From NCBI GenBank assembly GCA_045630765.1, contig JAZQTM010000104.1, positions 671-64,670 of the forward strand: a stretch of 64,000 bases of DNA, read 5' to 3'. Source of the DNA: Acutalibacteraceae bacterium (GTDB lineage Bacteria > Bacillota > Clostridia > Oscillospirales > Acutalibacteraceae). Positions 26,247 through 34,675 of the stretch are shown piece after piece. The notes under the pieces are model-generated. The model saw nothing but the letters and a program-made list of their open reading frames with translations. It was not told where the DNA came from and made no database searches. Both the position numbers and the translations under genes were made by a program. Position 1 is the stretch's first letter. Every line of letters begins with the position of its first letter.

Positions 26247-27203
26247 TTAAAGAGAACTTACCAGAATGGATGCCGTACCGTTTAATGTAACGGCAAGATT
26301 AGCGGGGATGAAAACACTGTCACCTTTTTTGACGTTGAACGATTCTTCACCAAAGCAAAGGGAAGCGTTTCCGTCGAGTACGACGAGTGACACAAAGGTT
26401 TCCGTTTCAAAGATCGAATACGTCTCTTTAAGTTCCAGCACCTTCGCGGAGAAGAAACGGCAGGAGGCGAGTTCGCGTACGGTGTTCGCTCCTACGTTTG
26501 AGATTTCTCCGATCTGCCCGTACGGCATGGAGGGGATTTCGGTCCGGGTTACGTCCAATGCCTTGTCGATGTGCAGCTCGCGCGGTTTCCCGTCTGCTCC
26601 CAAGCGTCCGTAGTCGGAAATGCGGTACGTAGTGTTGGAGTTCTGCTGTACCTCTGCGATCAAGATTCCTTCGCCGATCGCGTGCAACGTGCCGGCATCG
26701 ATGAAGAACACGTCTCCTTTATGCACGGGAACGGAATTACAAACGTCGGTTAAAGTATTGTCGCTCATTCTTTTCTTAAATTCCTCTTTGGAAATGTTTT
26801 CAGAAAAGCCGTACAACAATTCGGCGCCTTCTTGGCAGTCCACAACGTACCACATCTCGGTTTTACCGAACTCGCCTTCGTTTGCCAACGCGTAGTCATC
26901 ACTGGGATGTACCTGTACGGACAACTTTTGCTTGGCATCGATCAGTTTTATTAAGATGGGGAAATAGGGGAAAGCAGCAGCACGTATACCCAGCGCTTCT
27001 TCTCCCCAGACCGCCAATACATCAGGCAAAGATTTCCCGGCAAACTCCCCGTTTACAACGGTGTTTGAGCCGTCTTTATGGCAAGACAACATCCAACCTT
27101 CGGCAGCAATGTCGGTATCGGATGCTAAACCAAATTCAGTTTTTAAACGTGTACCGCCCCATAAATAATCCTTCACGGGTGGCTTTAATAATAACGGATA
27201 CAT
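26247..27203 (-). CDS. manA: Mannose-6-phosphate isomerase, class I
   Basis: Motifs LSVQVHPSD, KTEMWYVV and LHAIGEG, in a 318 aa type I PMI layout. Confidence 0.85.
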   Translation of the reverse strand: MYPLLLKPPVKDYLWGGTRLKTEFGLASDTDIAAEGWMLSCHKDGSNTVVNGEFAGKSLPDVLAVWGEEALGIRAAAFPYFPILIKLIDAKQKLSVQVHPSDDYALANEGEFGKTEMWYVVDCQEGAELLYGFSENISKEEFKKRMSDNTLTDVCNSVPVHKGDVFFIDAGTLHAIGEGILIAEVQQNSNTTYRISDYGRLGADGKPRELHIDKALDVTRTEIPSMPYGQIGEISNVGANTVRELASCRFFSAKVLELKETYSIFETETFVSLVVLDGNASLCFGEESFNVKKGDSVFIPANLAVTLNGTASILVSSL

Positions 27204-27334
27204 AGCGGAACCCCATTTCGTATTTCTATACTATAATAGTACCCTTTTCAAGGCGCAAAGTCAAGGAAAAGCCTCTGCATTTCACTTCATAATTGGATAT
27301 GGACAAAAAACACAAAAATTGGACTGATTTCGCA

Positions 27335-27363
27335 TTGCAATCGGTTGAGAGAGGTGTTATGCT
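27335..27363 (+). promoter_or_regulatory. Sigma-70-like promoter TTGCAA-17-TATGCT with TG extended -10
   Basis: Read directly, 36 nt upstream of ATG 27399. Confidence 0.45.
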
Positions 27364-27374
27364 ACAAGCATAAC
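27356..27374. promoter_or_regulatory. Perfect 8 bp palindrome GTTATGCT-ACA-AGCATAAC overlapping the predicted -10
   Basis: The left arm covers the TATGCT -10 hexamer (27358-27363) of the promoter in front of the DUF5107-like gene. Confidence 0.45.
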
Positions 27375-27398
27375 AGTAATGTGAAATGAGGGAAAGTT

Positions 27399-29384
27399 AT
27401 GACAACTCTGGAACTCACCAAGATCACCATTAAAGGTGGCAGATTGGGTGAAGCGGGCGATTATCCGATTTTATTTTTCCCGCTGATTACACCGAAAAAG
27501 AAGATCACCATTGCCGAAACGGAAGGTCTGTATCTGGGCTACGGTTATCAGAAACACGGCTTGCCGTATACCACGCAGGGTGATTACGATCACACGGAAG
27601 AACCGCGTGAGTTTGACGCCTACATTTTGGAAAACGATTATTTGAAGGCAACGTTTTTGCCTTCTCTCGGCGGTCGTTTGTGGTCGTTGTATGATAAGAA
27701 AAAGGGAAGAGATCTGCTCGGCGTGAACACCGTATTCCGTCCGTGTAACATTGCTATGCGTAATGCGTGGTTCTCGGGCGGTGTTGAATGGAACTGCGGC
27801 GCGCCCGGTCATCATCCGTTGTCGAGCGATAAAATGTACGGCGCGGAATATATCTCGGAAGATGGCTCGCCTGCACTCCGTTTGTACGCGTTTGAGCGTT
27901 GCCGCGATATCACCTATCAGATGGACTTTTTCCTGCCGCACGACAGCGATACGCTGTTCTCTCGCGTGCGTTTGGTCAATGCCAACGAGCGCGTGACCCC
28001 CATTTACTGGTGGAGCACCATCGCGGTTGATCAGGAAGAAGGTTGCCGCGTAGTTGTGCCTGCAACGGAAGCCTACGTCAACCACGGATGGGGTGCCGCG
28101 ATTTTCAAAACGCAGTTGCCGATGCGCGATGGCTTTGATACCACGTATGCGACCAACCATACGGATGCAAATGACGATTTTTATAAGATTCCGGATGACA
28201 AACGCAAGTTTGAAGCATGCATCTATAAAGATGGTTATGGCTTGATTCACTCTTCCACACGTTTGCTGAAAGGCCGTAAGATGTTTGTGTGGGGTATGGG
28301 CGAAGGCGGTCAAAACTGGCAAAAACAGCTCACCAACGAAGAGGGTAAACCCTATTTGGAGATCCAAGCGGGTCTTCGTTATACGCAGCAAGAAAGTATG
28401 CCTTTCGCGCCTCGTTCCGTCCTGGAATGGGTAGAAGCGTATACGGCGATCGAGATTGATCCCGAAGCGGTACACGGCGACTGGGACGATGCGCGTCGCA
28501 ACGTCGAAAACTGGATCGATGAAAAACTCCCTGAATCCGTTTTGGACGAAATGCTCGAAAAACGCAAAGCCGATTCGCTGAAAGAAGTTGAGTATTCTTA
28601 TAAAGGCTATCCGTGGGGCACGTTGGATAACGAACTGCGTGCTGCCATCGGTCAAAAGCAGATGTCTGCCAACCTGTGCTTCGGCGAGCTGGAAGAGGAG
28701 CAGATGGTTTGGTACAACTTCCTCAAGACAGGCAAGTTGGATGAGCCCGATCCGTCAAAAGTCCCCGCCTCGTATATGGTTCAAGAGGAATGGTTTGATC
28801 TTCTTAAAAAAGCGGTGCGCGGCGCTGATAAAGACAACTGGTATGCGTGGTACAATATGGGACTCTGCTATTACGCAAGAGAAGACTTCTATCTGGCGGT
28901 GGAAGCGCTTGAGAAATCCGTTGCTTTGTGTCCCAGCACGTGGGGCTACCATGCGCTTGCTTGCGCGTTGTTCTCGCTCGGCGAGTGCGAAGATGCTGCT
29001 GTTGCCTTGACGCAGGCGGTTAAAATGAATAACGGCGATATGAACCTTGCTAAGGAATCGCTCAAGCTCTGCGGTCACTTCAAGCAATATGAGGCGGCAG
29101 ACGTTATCTACGAGGCGCTGTCCGAGGAATGCCAACAGGATCACTACGTGATGGGTTATCACGCAGCGGCGCTGGCATATATCGGCAGAGCTGCCGAGTG
29201 TAAAGAGATCTTGGAGCAGGATGGCGGTCTGTACATTATGGATATCCGTGAAGGCGATGAAACCATCACCAACGGCTATATCCGCGCCATTCAGGAATTG
29301 GCGAAATTAGAAGGCAAGGAAATTGCTGCCGAAGACGTCGAAGTACCTCAAAAGATCGATTTCAGACTCTTTAATAAAAAATAA
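27399..29384 (+). CDS. DUF5107-like domain protein with C-terminal TPR repeats
   Basis: The N-terminal segment ENDYLKATFLPSLGGRLWSLYDK ... NAWFSGGVEWNCGAPGHH matches my memory of the DUF5107 signature. The C-terminal TPR-like helices include WYNMGLCYYAREDFYLAVEALEKSVAL. Confidence 0.55.
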   Translation: MTTLELTKITIKGGRLGEAGDYPILFFPLITPKKKITIAETEGLYLGYGYQKHGLPYTTQGDYDHTEEPREFDAYILENDYLKATFLPSLGGRLWSLYDKKKGRDLLGVNTVFRPCNIAMRNAWFSGGVEWNCGAPGHHPLSSDKMYGAEYISEDGSPALRLYAFERCRDITYQMDFFLPHDSDTLFSRVRLVNANERVTPIYWWSTIAVDQEEGCRVVVPATEAYVNHGWGAAIFKTQLPMRDGFDTTYATNHTDANDDFYKIPDDKRKFEACIYKDGYGLIHSSTRLLKGRKMFVWGMGEGGQNWQKQLTNEEGKPYLEIQAGLRYTQQESMPFAPRSVLEWVEAYTAIEIDPEAVHGDWDDARRNVENWIDEKLPESVLDEMLEKRKADSLKEVEYSYKGYPWGTLDNELRAAIGQKQMSANLCFGELEEEQMVWYNFLKTGKLDEPDPSKVPASYMVQEEWFDLLKKAVRGADKDNWYAWYNMGLCYYAREDFYLAVEALEKSVALCPSTWGYHALACALFSLGECEDAAVALTQAVKMNNGDMNLAKESLKLCGHFKQYEAADVIYEALSEECQQDHYVMGYHAAALAYIGRAAECKEILEQDGGLYIMDIREGDETITNGYIRAIQELAKLEGKEIAAEDVEVPQKIDFRLFNKK

Positions 29385-29396
29385 TCGTTTCAATAT

Positions 29397-29424
29397 AAAA
29401 GGCGTTCCGTTCGGAACGCCTTTT
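29397..29424 (+). terminator. Rho-independent terminator
   Basis: AAAAGGCGTTCCG-TT-CGGAACGCCTTTT. Confidence 0.75.
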
Positions 29425-29449
29425 ATCTCCTACGAAAGGACGCGTTGCT

Positions 29450-30322
29450 ATGAAAATTGATTGTCATGTTCATTCGCGTATGGGCGGTGTTTACGGAGAG
29501 CCGCCTTTTGATCAGCAGGCGTTTATGAAGGATTTGAAGGCGGCGGGAATGGACGGTGCGGCACTGTTTTCGCCAAGCCCCCTCACGTGTGCGGATATTC
29601 CCGTTCAAGAACGTATGACAAACACCTTGAATATGTGCGAAGGTCAACCAACGCTGTATCCGTTTTACTGGATCAATCCGTTGGAAGACGGGGCATTGGA
29701 ACAAGTGGATTTGGCAGTAGAACGCGGCTTTCTCGGTTTTAAAATGATCTGCAGCAACTATCATCCCGGGTGCCGTGAGTCAATGGACCTTCTTCACAAA
29801 ATCGCATCTGTGGACAAACCCGTTTTGTTCCATAGCGGCATTTTGTGGGATGGTATGAACTCCGCCAACTACAATCGTCCCGGCAACTTCGAAGCCTTAC
29901 TGGACGTGCCGAAACTTCGCTTTTGTCTGGCACACATTTCTTGGCCGTGGACCGATGAATGTATTGCCGTGTACGGTAAGTTTAACAATGCGTATTTCCG
30001 CCGTCCCGACTTAAGCTGCGAAATGTTTATTGATGTCACGCCGGGAACTCCCCGCGTATACCGCGAGGAAGTCTTTCACCATTTACTGTGCAGTGACTAT
30101 GAACTGCGTTACAATTTGATGTTCGGCACCGATAGCAGCACCGAACAGTATAACGTAAGTTGGAGCAAAGAATGGCAGGAGCGGGATAACGCACTGTATG
30201 AAAAATTCATCCCCGAAGACGTCGAAGATTTCAAAGACCACGTTTACGGCAAAAACTTTTTACGTTTCCTCGGCTTATCCGATGAAATCCCTGTCAAAAA
30301 GATCCCCATGGTAGGCGAATAA
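29450..30322 (+). CDS. Amidohydrolase-2 (TIM-barrel metal-dependent hydrolase) family protein
   Basis: N-terminal MKIDCHVHS metal motif, plus later HSGILWDG and AHISWPW. Confidence 0.65.
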   Translation: MKIDCHVHSRMGGVYGEPPFDQQAFMKDLKAAGMDGAALFSPSPLTCADIPVQERMTNTLNMCEGQPTLYPFYWINPLEDGALEQVDLAVERGFLGFKMICSNYHPGCRESMDLLHKIASVDKPVLFHSGILWDGMNSANYNRPGNFEALLDVPKLRFCLAHISWPWTDECIAVYGKFNNAYFRRPDLSCEMFIDVTPGTPRVYREEVFHHLLCSDYELRYNLMFGTDSSTEQYNVSWSKEWQERDNALYEKFIPEDVEDFKDHVYGKNFLRFLGLSDEIPVKKIPMVGE

Positions 30323-30325
30323 CCG

Positions 30326-30358
30326 AAAGGGCGCACAGATAGTTCTGTGCGCCCTTTT
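30326..30358 (+). terminator. Rho-independent terminator
   Basis: AAAGGGCGCACAGA-TAGT-TCTGTGCGCCCTTTT. Confidence 0.8.
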
Positions 30359-30378
30359 AATCTATACAAAGCAGCGCA

Positions 30379-30390
30379 AAAAACGGACAT
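30379..30390 (+). promoter_or_regulatory. Single AAAAACGGACAT site 5 nt upstream of the AraC gene -35
   Basis: It matches 11 of 12 nt of the repeat at 31343-31354 and sits in the same position relative to the -35. Confidence 0.4.
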
Positions 30391-30395
30391 AAGCA

Positions 30396-30424
30396 TTGAC
30401 GACGCTTGCGATTGCAAGTATAAT
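30396..30424 (+). promoter_or_regulatory. Sigma-70-like promoter TTGACG-17-TATAAT
   Basis: Read directly, upstream of the AraC gene start at 30450. Confidence 0.55.
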
Positions 30425-30449
30425 ACTGTCAAGGGAAGGGGGAACGAGT

Positions 30450-31301
30450 ATGAATATCACTGCCTTAAACGGTATCGACTATTTACACTCTACTGCCAAG
30501 GGCAACCCGTTTCATATTTTTTGGGCGAACGGCTCGTCGGCACCGAATCGTGATACGCTAACTTATACGTTCCATCATCATTCCTTTTGTGAGGCACACT
30601 TTATTCTCCGTGGCTCTGTCAGCTACGGTGTAGGTGAAGAAAGCGTTAACGTTTGCGCGGGTCAGTTTATCGTTGTTCATCAAAAGCGGGCACATCGGGT
30701 CGAAAACTGCAGCGAGGATTTCTTGAAATTGACGGTGGCTTTTGAAATCTCCGATGCGAAAGACATTTCACTTAAGTTTGATGAAATCACGGGCAACGTC
30801 TTTACGGTCAACGCCTCCGTGCAAAACGTTATCAACACTCTTATCGACGAAGCAGAACAAAAAGGATGCTTCAAAACCGAACGCGTAATGCATACGCTGT
30901 ACAATCTTCTTTTCCTGGTTGCCGAAACCGCTGGGTGCACGCGGTCTGAACAAGCCGCAGAAAAAGCAGGCGACCTGCGCGTGACCAAGGCGAAAACATA
31001 TATAGCGGATAACAGCGAAAGCTTTTTCACCTGTGAAGAGGTGGCGCGTTACTGTCATGTGAGCGTCAAACAACTCGGCAGATTGTTTCGGCAATATGAA
31101 AGTGTCGGACTTTTAGAGTTCATTCACAAAAACAAGACGGATGCTGCTGTCGCGCTCTTGAAGGAAACCGATCTGTCTCAAAAAAAGATTTCCGATAAAT
31201 TAGGCTTTTCCGATGTTCGCTATTTTGGAAAATTTATAAGTCGTATGACGGGGCAGACTCCGTCAGAGATACGGGCATCAAAAGCAAAAGAAGGCGTTTG
31301 A
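30450..31301 (+). CDS. AraC family transcriptional regulator
   Basis: ATG at 30450 follows GGGGGAA; the track ORF starts at 30396. A cupin-like N-terminus is followed by the HTH region FFTCEEVARYCHVSVKQLGRLFRQYESVGLLEFIHKNKTDAAVALL ... LGFSDVRYFGKFISRMTGQTPSE. Confidence 0.85.
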   Translation: MNITALNGIDYLHSTAKGNPFHIFWANGSSAPNRDTLTYTFHHHSFCEAHFILRGSVSYGVGEESVNVCAGQFIVVHQKRAHRVENCSEDFLKLTVAFEISDAKDISLKFDEITGNVFTVNASVQNVINTLIDEAEQKGCFKTERVMHTLYNLLFLVAETAGCTRSEQAAEKAGDLRVTKAKTYIADNSESFFTCEEVARYCHVSVKQLGRLFRQYESVGLLEFIHKNKTDAAVALLKETDLSQKKISDKLGFSDVRYFGKFISRMTGQTPSEIRASKAKEGV

Positions 31302-31322
31302 TGCCTTCCTTTTTAGGGGGTA

Positions 31323-31354
31323 AATATCGGACATCGTGTGCGAATAACGGACAT
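31323..31354 (+). promoter_or_regulatory. Direct repeat AATA(T/A)CGGACAT x2, 20 bp apart, abutting a -35 element (candidate AraC-type activator site)
   Basis: Copies lie at 31323-31334 and 31343-31354. The proximal copy ends 4 nt before TTGCTT (-35) of the M55-operon promoter. Confidence 0.5.
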
Positions 31355-31358
31355 ATCC

Positions 31359-31387
31359 TTGCTTTTTAACTTGCTGGAGAATACAAT
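31359..31387 (+). promoter_or_regulatory. Promoter with weak -35: TTGCTT-17-TACAAT
   Basis: Read directly, 24 nt upstream of GTG 31412. Confidence 0.45.
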
Positions 31388-31411
31388 GAAAACAATTAAG
31401 GGGGTATTATC

Positions 31412-32206
31412 GTGAAATTTTTAGTTATGACAGATATCGAAGGAGTAACGGGTGTTACTACCTTCACACAAGCAGAAAACACAGAGTTCGGCAGAAAAAT
31501 GCTGATGAACGACCTGAAAGCGGTGCTCAAAGGCATTAAGGACGCGGGCGCGGAGGCTGTCGTATACGATATGCATACTGATGGCAGAAACGTTGACATT
31601 GAACAGATCGACGTACCTGTGGTGATGGGCAAGCCTATTCTCGGCAACCGTTGGCGCGGCGTCGGTGGCGAAGGCTTTGACGGCTTGTTCTTGATGGGGC
31701 TTCACACGATGCAACATACGGGCGCATTGTTGGCACATAGTTATCTGCGTGAATACGATGCGATTTACCTCAACGGTCTGCTTGTCGGCGAAATCGGTAT
31801 GGAAGCAGCGTTGGCGGGTGAGCAGGGCGTTCCGCTGAAATTTATCAGCGCGGATGACCGTGGCTGTGCCGAAGGAAGCGCACTGATCCCGAATCTTGTC
31901 ACCTGCGCGGTCAAACAATCGCTCACCTCAGACACGGCGGTTTGCTTGCCCACAAGCGAAACCGAGAAACGTCTTTGTGAAGCTGCGTCAAAAGCGGTCA
32001 AAGCAGAGGTGAAGCCCTTCAAAGTGCAAGGTCCCTATGAAATTAAAATCGTCTTTTCGGAATGCGATTATCGACGCAAAATGCAAGAATTGCATCCTGA
32101 ACTGTTTGTTGATGAAAAGACCGTCGTGATGCGCGGTGACAATCTGCTTCAGGTATGGTCCGAATATCTTGGTTATGAAAAAGAGATGGTGGCAGCATGT
32201 CAGTAA
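31412..32206 (+). CDS. Peptidase M55 (DppA D-aminopeptidase-like) family protein
   Basis: GTG start follows AAGGGGG. N-terminal MKFLVMTDIEGVTGV and VVYDMHTDGRN resemble the DppA D.EG..G / D.H pattern. Confidence 0.6.
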   Translation: MKFLVMTDIEGVTGVTTFTQAENTEFGRKMLMNDLKAVLKGIKDAGAEAVVYDMHTDGRNVDIEQIDVPVVMGKPILGNRWRGVGGEGFDGLFLMGLHTMQHTGALLAHSYLREYDAIYLNGLLVGEIGMEAALAGEQGVPLKFISADDRGCAEGSALIPNLVTCAVKQSLTSDTAVCLPTSETEKRLCEAASKAVKAEVKPFKVQGPYEIKIVFSECDYRRKMQELHPELFVDEKTVVMRGDNLLQVWSEYLGYEKEMVAACQ

Positions 32207-33084
32207 TTTTAGGCGTTAATCATATGTTCTTGTATCCCGACTCGATCGTGAACCCGAAAGCACACCTCGAAAGCTTGAAAAAACTTGCGTCCAACGACCT
32301 GGTGGATGCGCTGGATTGCTGGATGTGGCGCGGGGAAACGTCGAGAGAGGAAAAGAAAATACTGCTCGACAGCGGTAAAGTAATCAATTACAACATCGGA
32401 GATCGGTTTGGCGAGGGTACGGCGTTGCCGGCATCCAAAAACAAAGCCGACCGCGAGCACGCGTACGATCTGATGATGCGTGAGATCGGTTATGCACTGG
32501 AACTGAACTCCAAAAAGATCATTTTCGGCAGCGGTCCCGATGATCCCGCTGACCGAGAAGGCGCAAAAGAGCGTTTCGGCGAGTTGATTCTCCGCGTCGC
32601 CTCTCAGCTTCCCGATGACGTCGCACTGTCTTTTGAACCTACCGACCGTGACGTGGATAAGTTCTTCCTGTTCGGTCCTTTGGATGAAACGGTTGATTTC
32701 ATCCACTTCATACGTCAAAACGGCTTTGAGCGCATCGGCTTACTGCTGGATATGTGCCACGTCCCGATCATTCACGAAAGTTTGGAAAGCGCACTGCAAA
32801 AAGGCGGCGAGGTACTTAACCACGTTCATTTGGGAAATTCGGTAATTAAGAATCCGACCGATCCTTTTTATGGTGATAAGCATACTGCCTGGAGTTACGC
32901 GGGCGGTGAGTATACCGAAAGAGATGCTGTTCACTTTATTCATTTGTTGAAAGATAGCGGCTACTTGAACAACGACCGAGCCACCGTTTCTTTTGAAATG
33001 CGTCCTTACGAGGGGATGAACTCGGAGGAGAGCCTTGCGAAATTTGTGAGTGTTTGGAAAGAAGCAACAGGGGGAAGCGTATGA
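32197..33084 (+). CDS. Sugar phosphate isomerase/epimerase (xylose isomerase-like TIM barrel) family protein
   Basis: 295 aa with the pattern GLLLDMCHVPI ... HVHLGN, typical of the AP_endonuc_2/xylose-isomerase-like fold. It overlaps the M55 gene by 10 nt. Confidence 0.6.
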   Translation: MSVILGVNHMFLYPDSIVNPKAHLESLKKLASNDLVDALDCWMWRGETSREEKKILLDSGKVINYNIGDRFGEGTALPASKNKADREHAYDLMMREIGYALELNSKKIIFGSGPDDPADREGAKERFGELILRVASQLPDDVALSFEPTDRDVDKFFLFGPLDETVDFIHFIRQNGFERIGLLLDMCHVPIIHESLESALQKGGEVLNHVHLGNSVIKNPTDPFYGDKHTAWSYAGGEYTERDAVHFIHLLKDSGYLNNDRATVSFEMRPYEGMNSEESLAKFVSVWKEATGGSV

Positions 33085-34496
33085 ACTATCAGATTGAAGC
33101 AAAACCTTACGGCGAATACGACGTTGTGGTCTGCGGCGGCGGAACGTCAGGGTGTTTTGCCGCTATAGCGGCGGCGCGTGAAGGCGCGAAAACGCTCTTG
33201 ATCGAGCGCTCTTTTATGGTGGGCGGTATGCTTACCGTGGGAGAGGCAGGAATTACCAAGTTCACCGAGCATTGTAAAGACGTCGACAAATACAAAACCG
33301 AGGTATTGGACAAACTTTCCACCGATCCGCAATCCGTTCACGTGGTGCGCGGTATTGCTCACGAGTATGTCAAGCGGCTGATCGACAGTAAAAAAGCCGT
33401 GGGTACCCACGGCGATGCGGGAAGTTACGTTTTCACCGACAAAGCCGAAGCACAGTACATATTGGTACAAATGCTTGACGAAGCAGGCGTTGAGGTGCTT
33501 TACGATACTCGCGTTTGCCTTGTCGAAAAAGACGGCACGGCTGTCAAAGCTGTGGTGGTGTGTAACAAAGAAGGATTTGGACGGATCGAAGCAAAAGCAT
33601 TTGTAGATGCCACGGGCGACGGCGACGTTGCCGCGTTGGCAGGTGCTCCTTTCAATAAAGGTGCCACCGAAGACGAAGTTGCCAAAGGCTACGCGCGAAC
33701 CGTCGGTGAGATGCAGGATGTCGGTGTTATGTACCGCGTGGCAAAGGTGGATTTTGAAAAACTGTTTGATTATTTAGAGAAAAATCCCGAGAAGTATCAC
33801 ACACACGAATTTGGCGTGATGAGCTTTGAGGATGCGCGCGAAAGCTATCGCAAAGGCGATATGTGCGTGTTCAGAATCCGCCACCAAAACGGTCGTGTAC
33901 AGGTGTATAATTTACCTGCCAAAGACGAAGCGATCCTCCTTGGCGCCGGCACTTATTTCACGCATGATGGATTGGATGGACGTTCGCTCAGCCGCGCACA
34001 GGAGAATCTTCAAAAGGGATGCCGCGCTCTTACGGAATCTATGAGAGAGATCCCCGGCTTTGAATATGCCGAGATCATCTATGTTCCCGATGTCGGCGTG
34101 CGCGAAACCCGTCATATTGTCGGCGAATATATGTTGACAGTAACCGACGTCTTGTTAGGAAAAGATTTTGACGATTCCATCGCCTGCGGCGGACATCCGC
34201 TTGACATCCACCCGCTCCCGCCCGAGGTTGAGCACGTCAATTACGACCATTGGCGATTCCATATTCCGTATCGCATTTTACTGCCGCAAAGTACCGACAA
34301 TTTGTTGGTGGCGGGACGTTGCGTTTCGGCAACGCGCGGCGCATCGGGTGCGATTCGCCCCACGGCACAATGTATGGCAATGGGGGAGGCTGCGGGCACC
34401 GCAGCGGCGCTTGCGGCAAAAGACGGTGTATCGCCGAAAGCGATCGACGTCACCCTTTTGCAAAATACACTTCTCAAAAACGGCGCCGTAATTTAA
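33081..34496 (+). CDS. FAD-dependent oxidoreductase (FAD_oxidored-type)
   Basis: ATG at 33081 follows GGGGGAAG and forms an ATGA overlap with the upstream stop. Dinucleotide-binding motif DVVVCGGGTSGCFAAIAAAREGAKTLLIE. Confidence 0.75.
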   Translation: MNYQIEAKPYGEYDVVVCGGGTSGCFAAIAAAREGAKTLLIERSFMVGGMLTVGEAGITKFTEHCKDVDKYKTEVLDKLSTDPQSVHVVRGIAHEYVKRLIDSKKAVGTHGDAGSYVFTDKAEAQYILVQMLDEAGVEVLYDTRVCLVEKDGTAVKAVVVCNKEGFGRIEAKAFVDATGDGDVAALAGAPFNKGATEDEVAKGYARTVGEMQDVGVMYRVAKVDFEKLFDYLEKNPEKYHTHEFGVMSFEDARESYRKGDMCVFRIRHQNGRVQVYNLPAKDEAILLGAGTYFTHDGLDGRSLSRAQENLQKGCRALTESMREIPGFEYAEIIYVPDVGVRETRHIVGEYMLTVTDVLLGKDFDDSIACGGHPLDIHPLPPEVEHVNYDHWRFHIPYRILLPQSTDNLLVAGRCVSATRGASGAIRPTAQCMAMGEAAGTAAALAAKDGVSPKAIDVTLLQNTLLKNGAVI

Positions 34497-34502
34497 TTAA
34501 CG

Positions 34503-34535
34503 AAAAAAGGAGCACGATCATCGTGCTCCTTTTTT
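34503..34535 (+). terminator. Rho-independent terminator
   Basis: AAAAAAGGAGCACGAT-CATCGTGCTCCTTTTTT. Confidence 0.85.
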
Positions 34536-34559
34536 GAATTATAACGCATTTTTTGATAC

Positions 34560-34617
34560 GGGTTGCATTGGGTTGCAAAGTTGCACCAAAATGCAACCCA
34601 AAACAGGGATGCAACCC
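34560..34617. repeat. Nested inverted-repeat cluster GGGTTGCA x2 / GTTGCA / TGCAACCC x2
   Basis: GGGTTGCA lies at 34560-34567 and 34570-34577, and GTTGCA at 34580-34585. TGCAACCC lies at 34592-34599 and 34610-34617. Confidence 0.8.
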
Positions 34618-34675
34618 GAAACTATTGTGGGATATTTTTGCTTCTTCGTTTTTGTATTGCGCATTCGGAAAACCG

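Noticed and set aside
27471-28655. Long antisense ORFs opposite well-supported genes. The 394 aa ORF is here. Others are at 45680-46723 (347 aa), 14351-15046 (231 aa), 62652-63344 (230 aa), 52557-53207 (216 aa), 7228-7755 (175 aa) and 35578-36054 (158 aa).
   Set aside because: Each lies fully inside a gene whose sense-strand product carries clear family motifs. The antisense translations are Arg/Val/His-rich low-complexity sequences without RBS or motifs. They are typical shadow ORFs of biased coding DNA.
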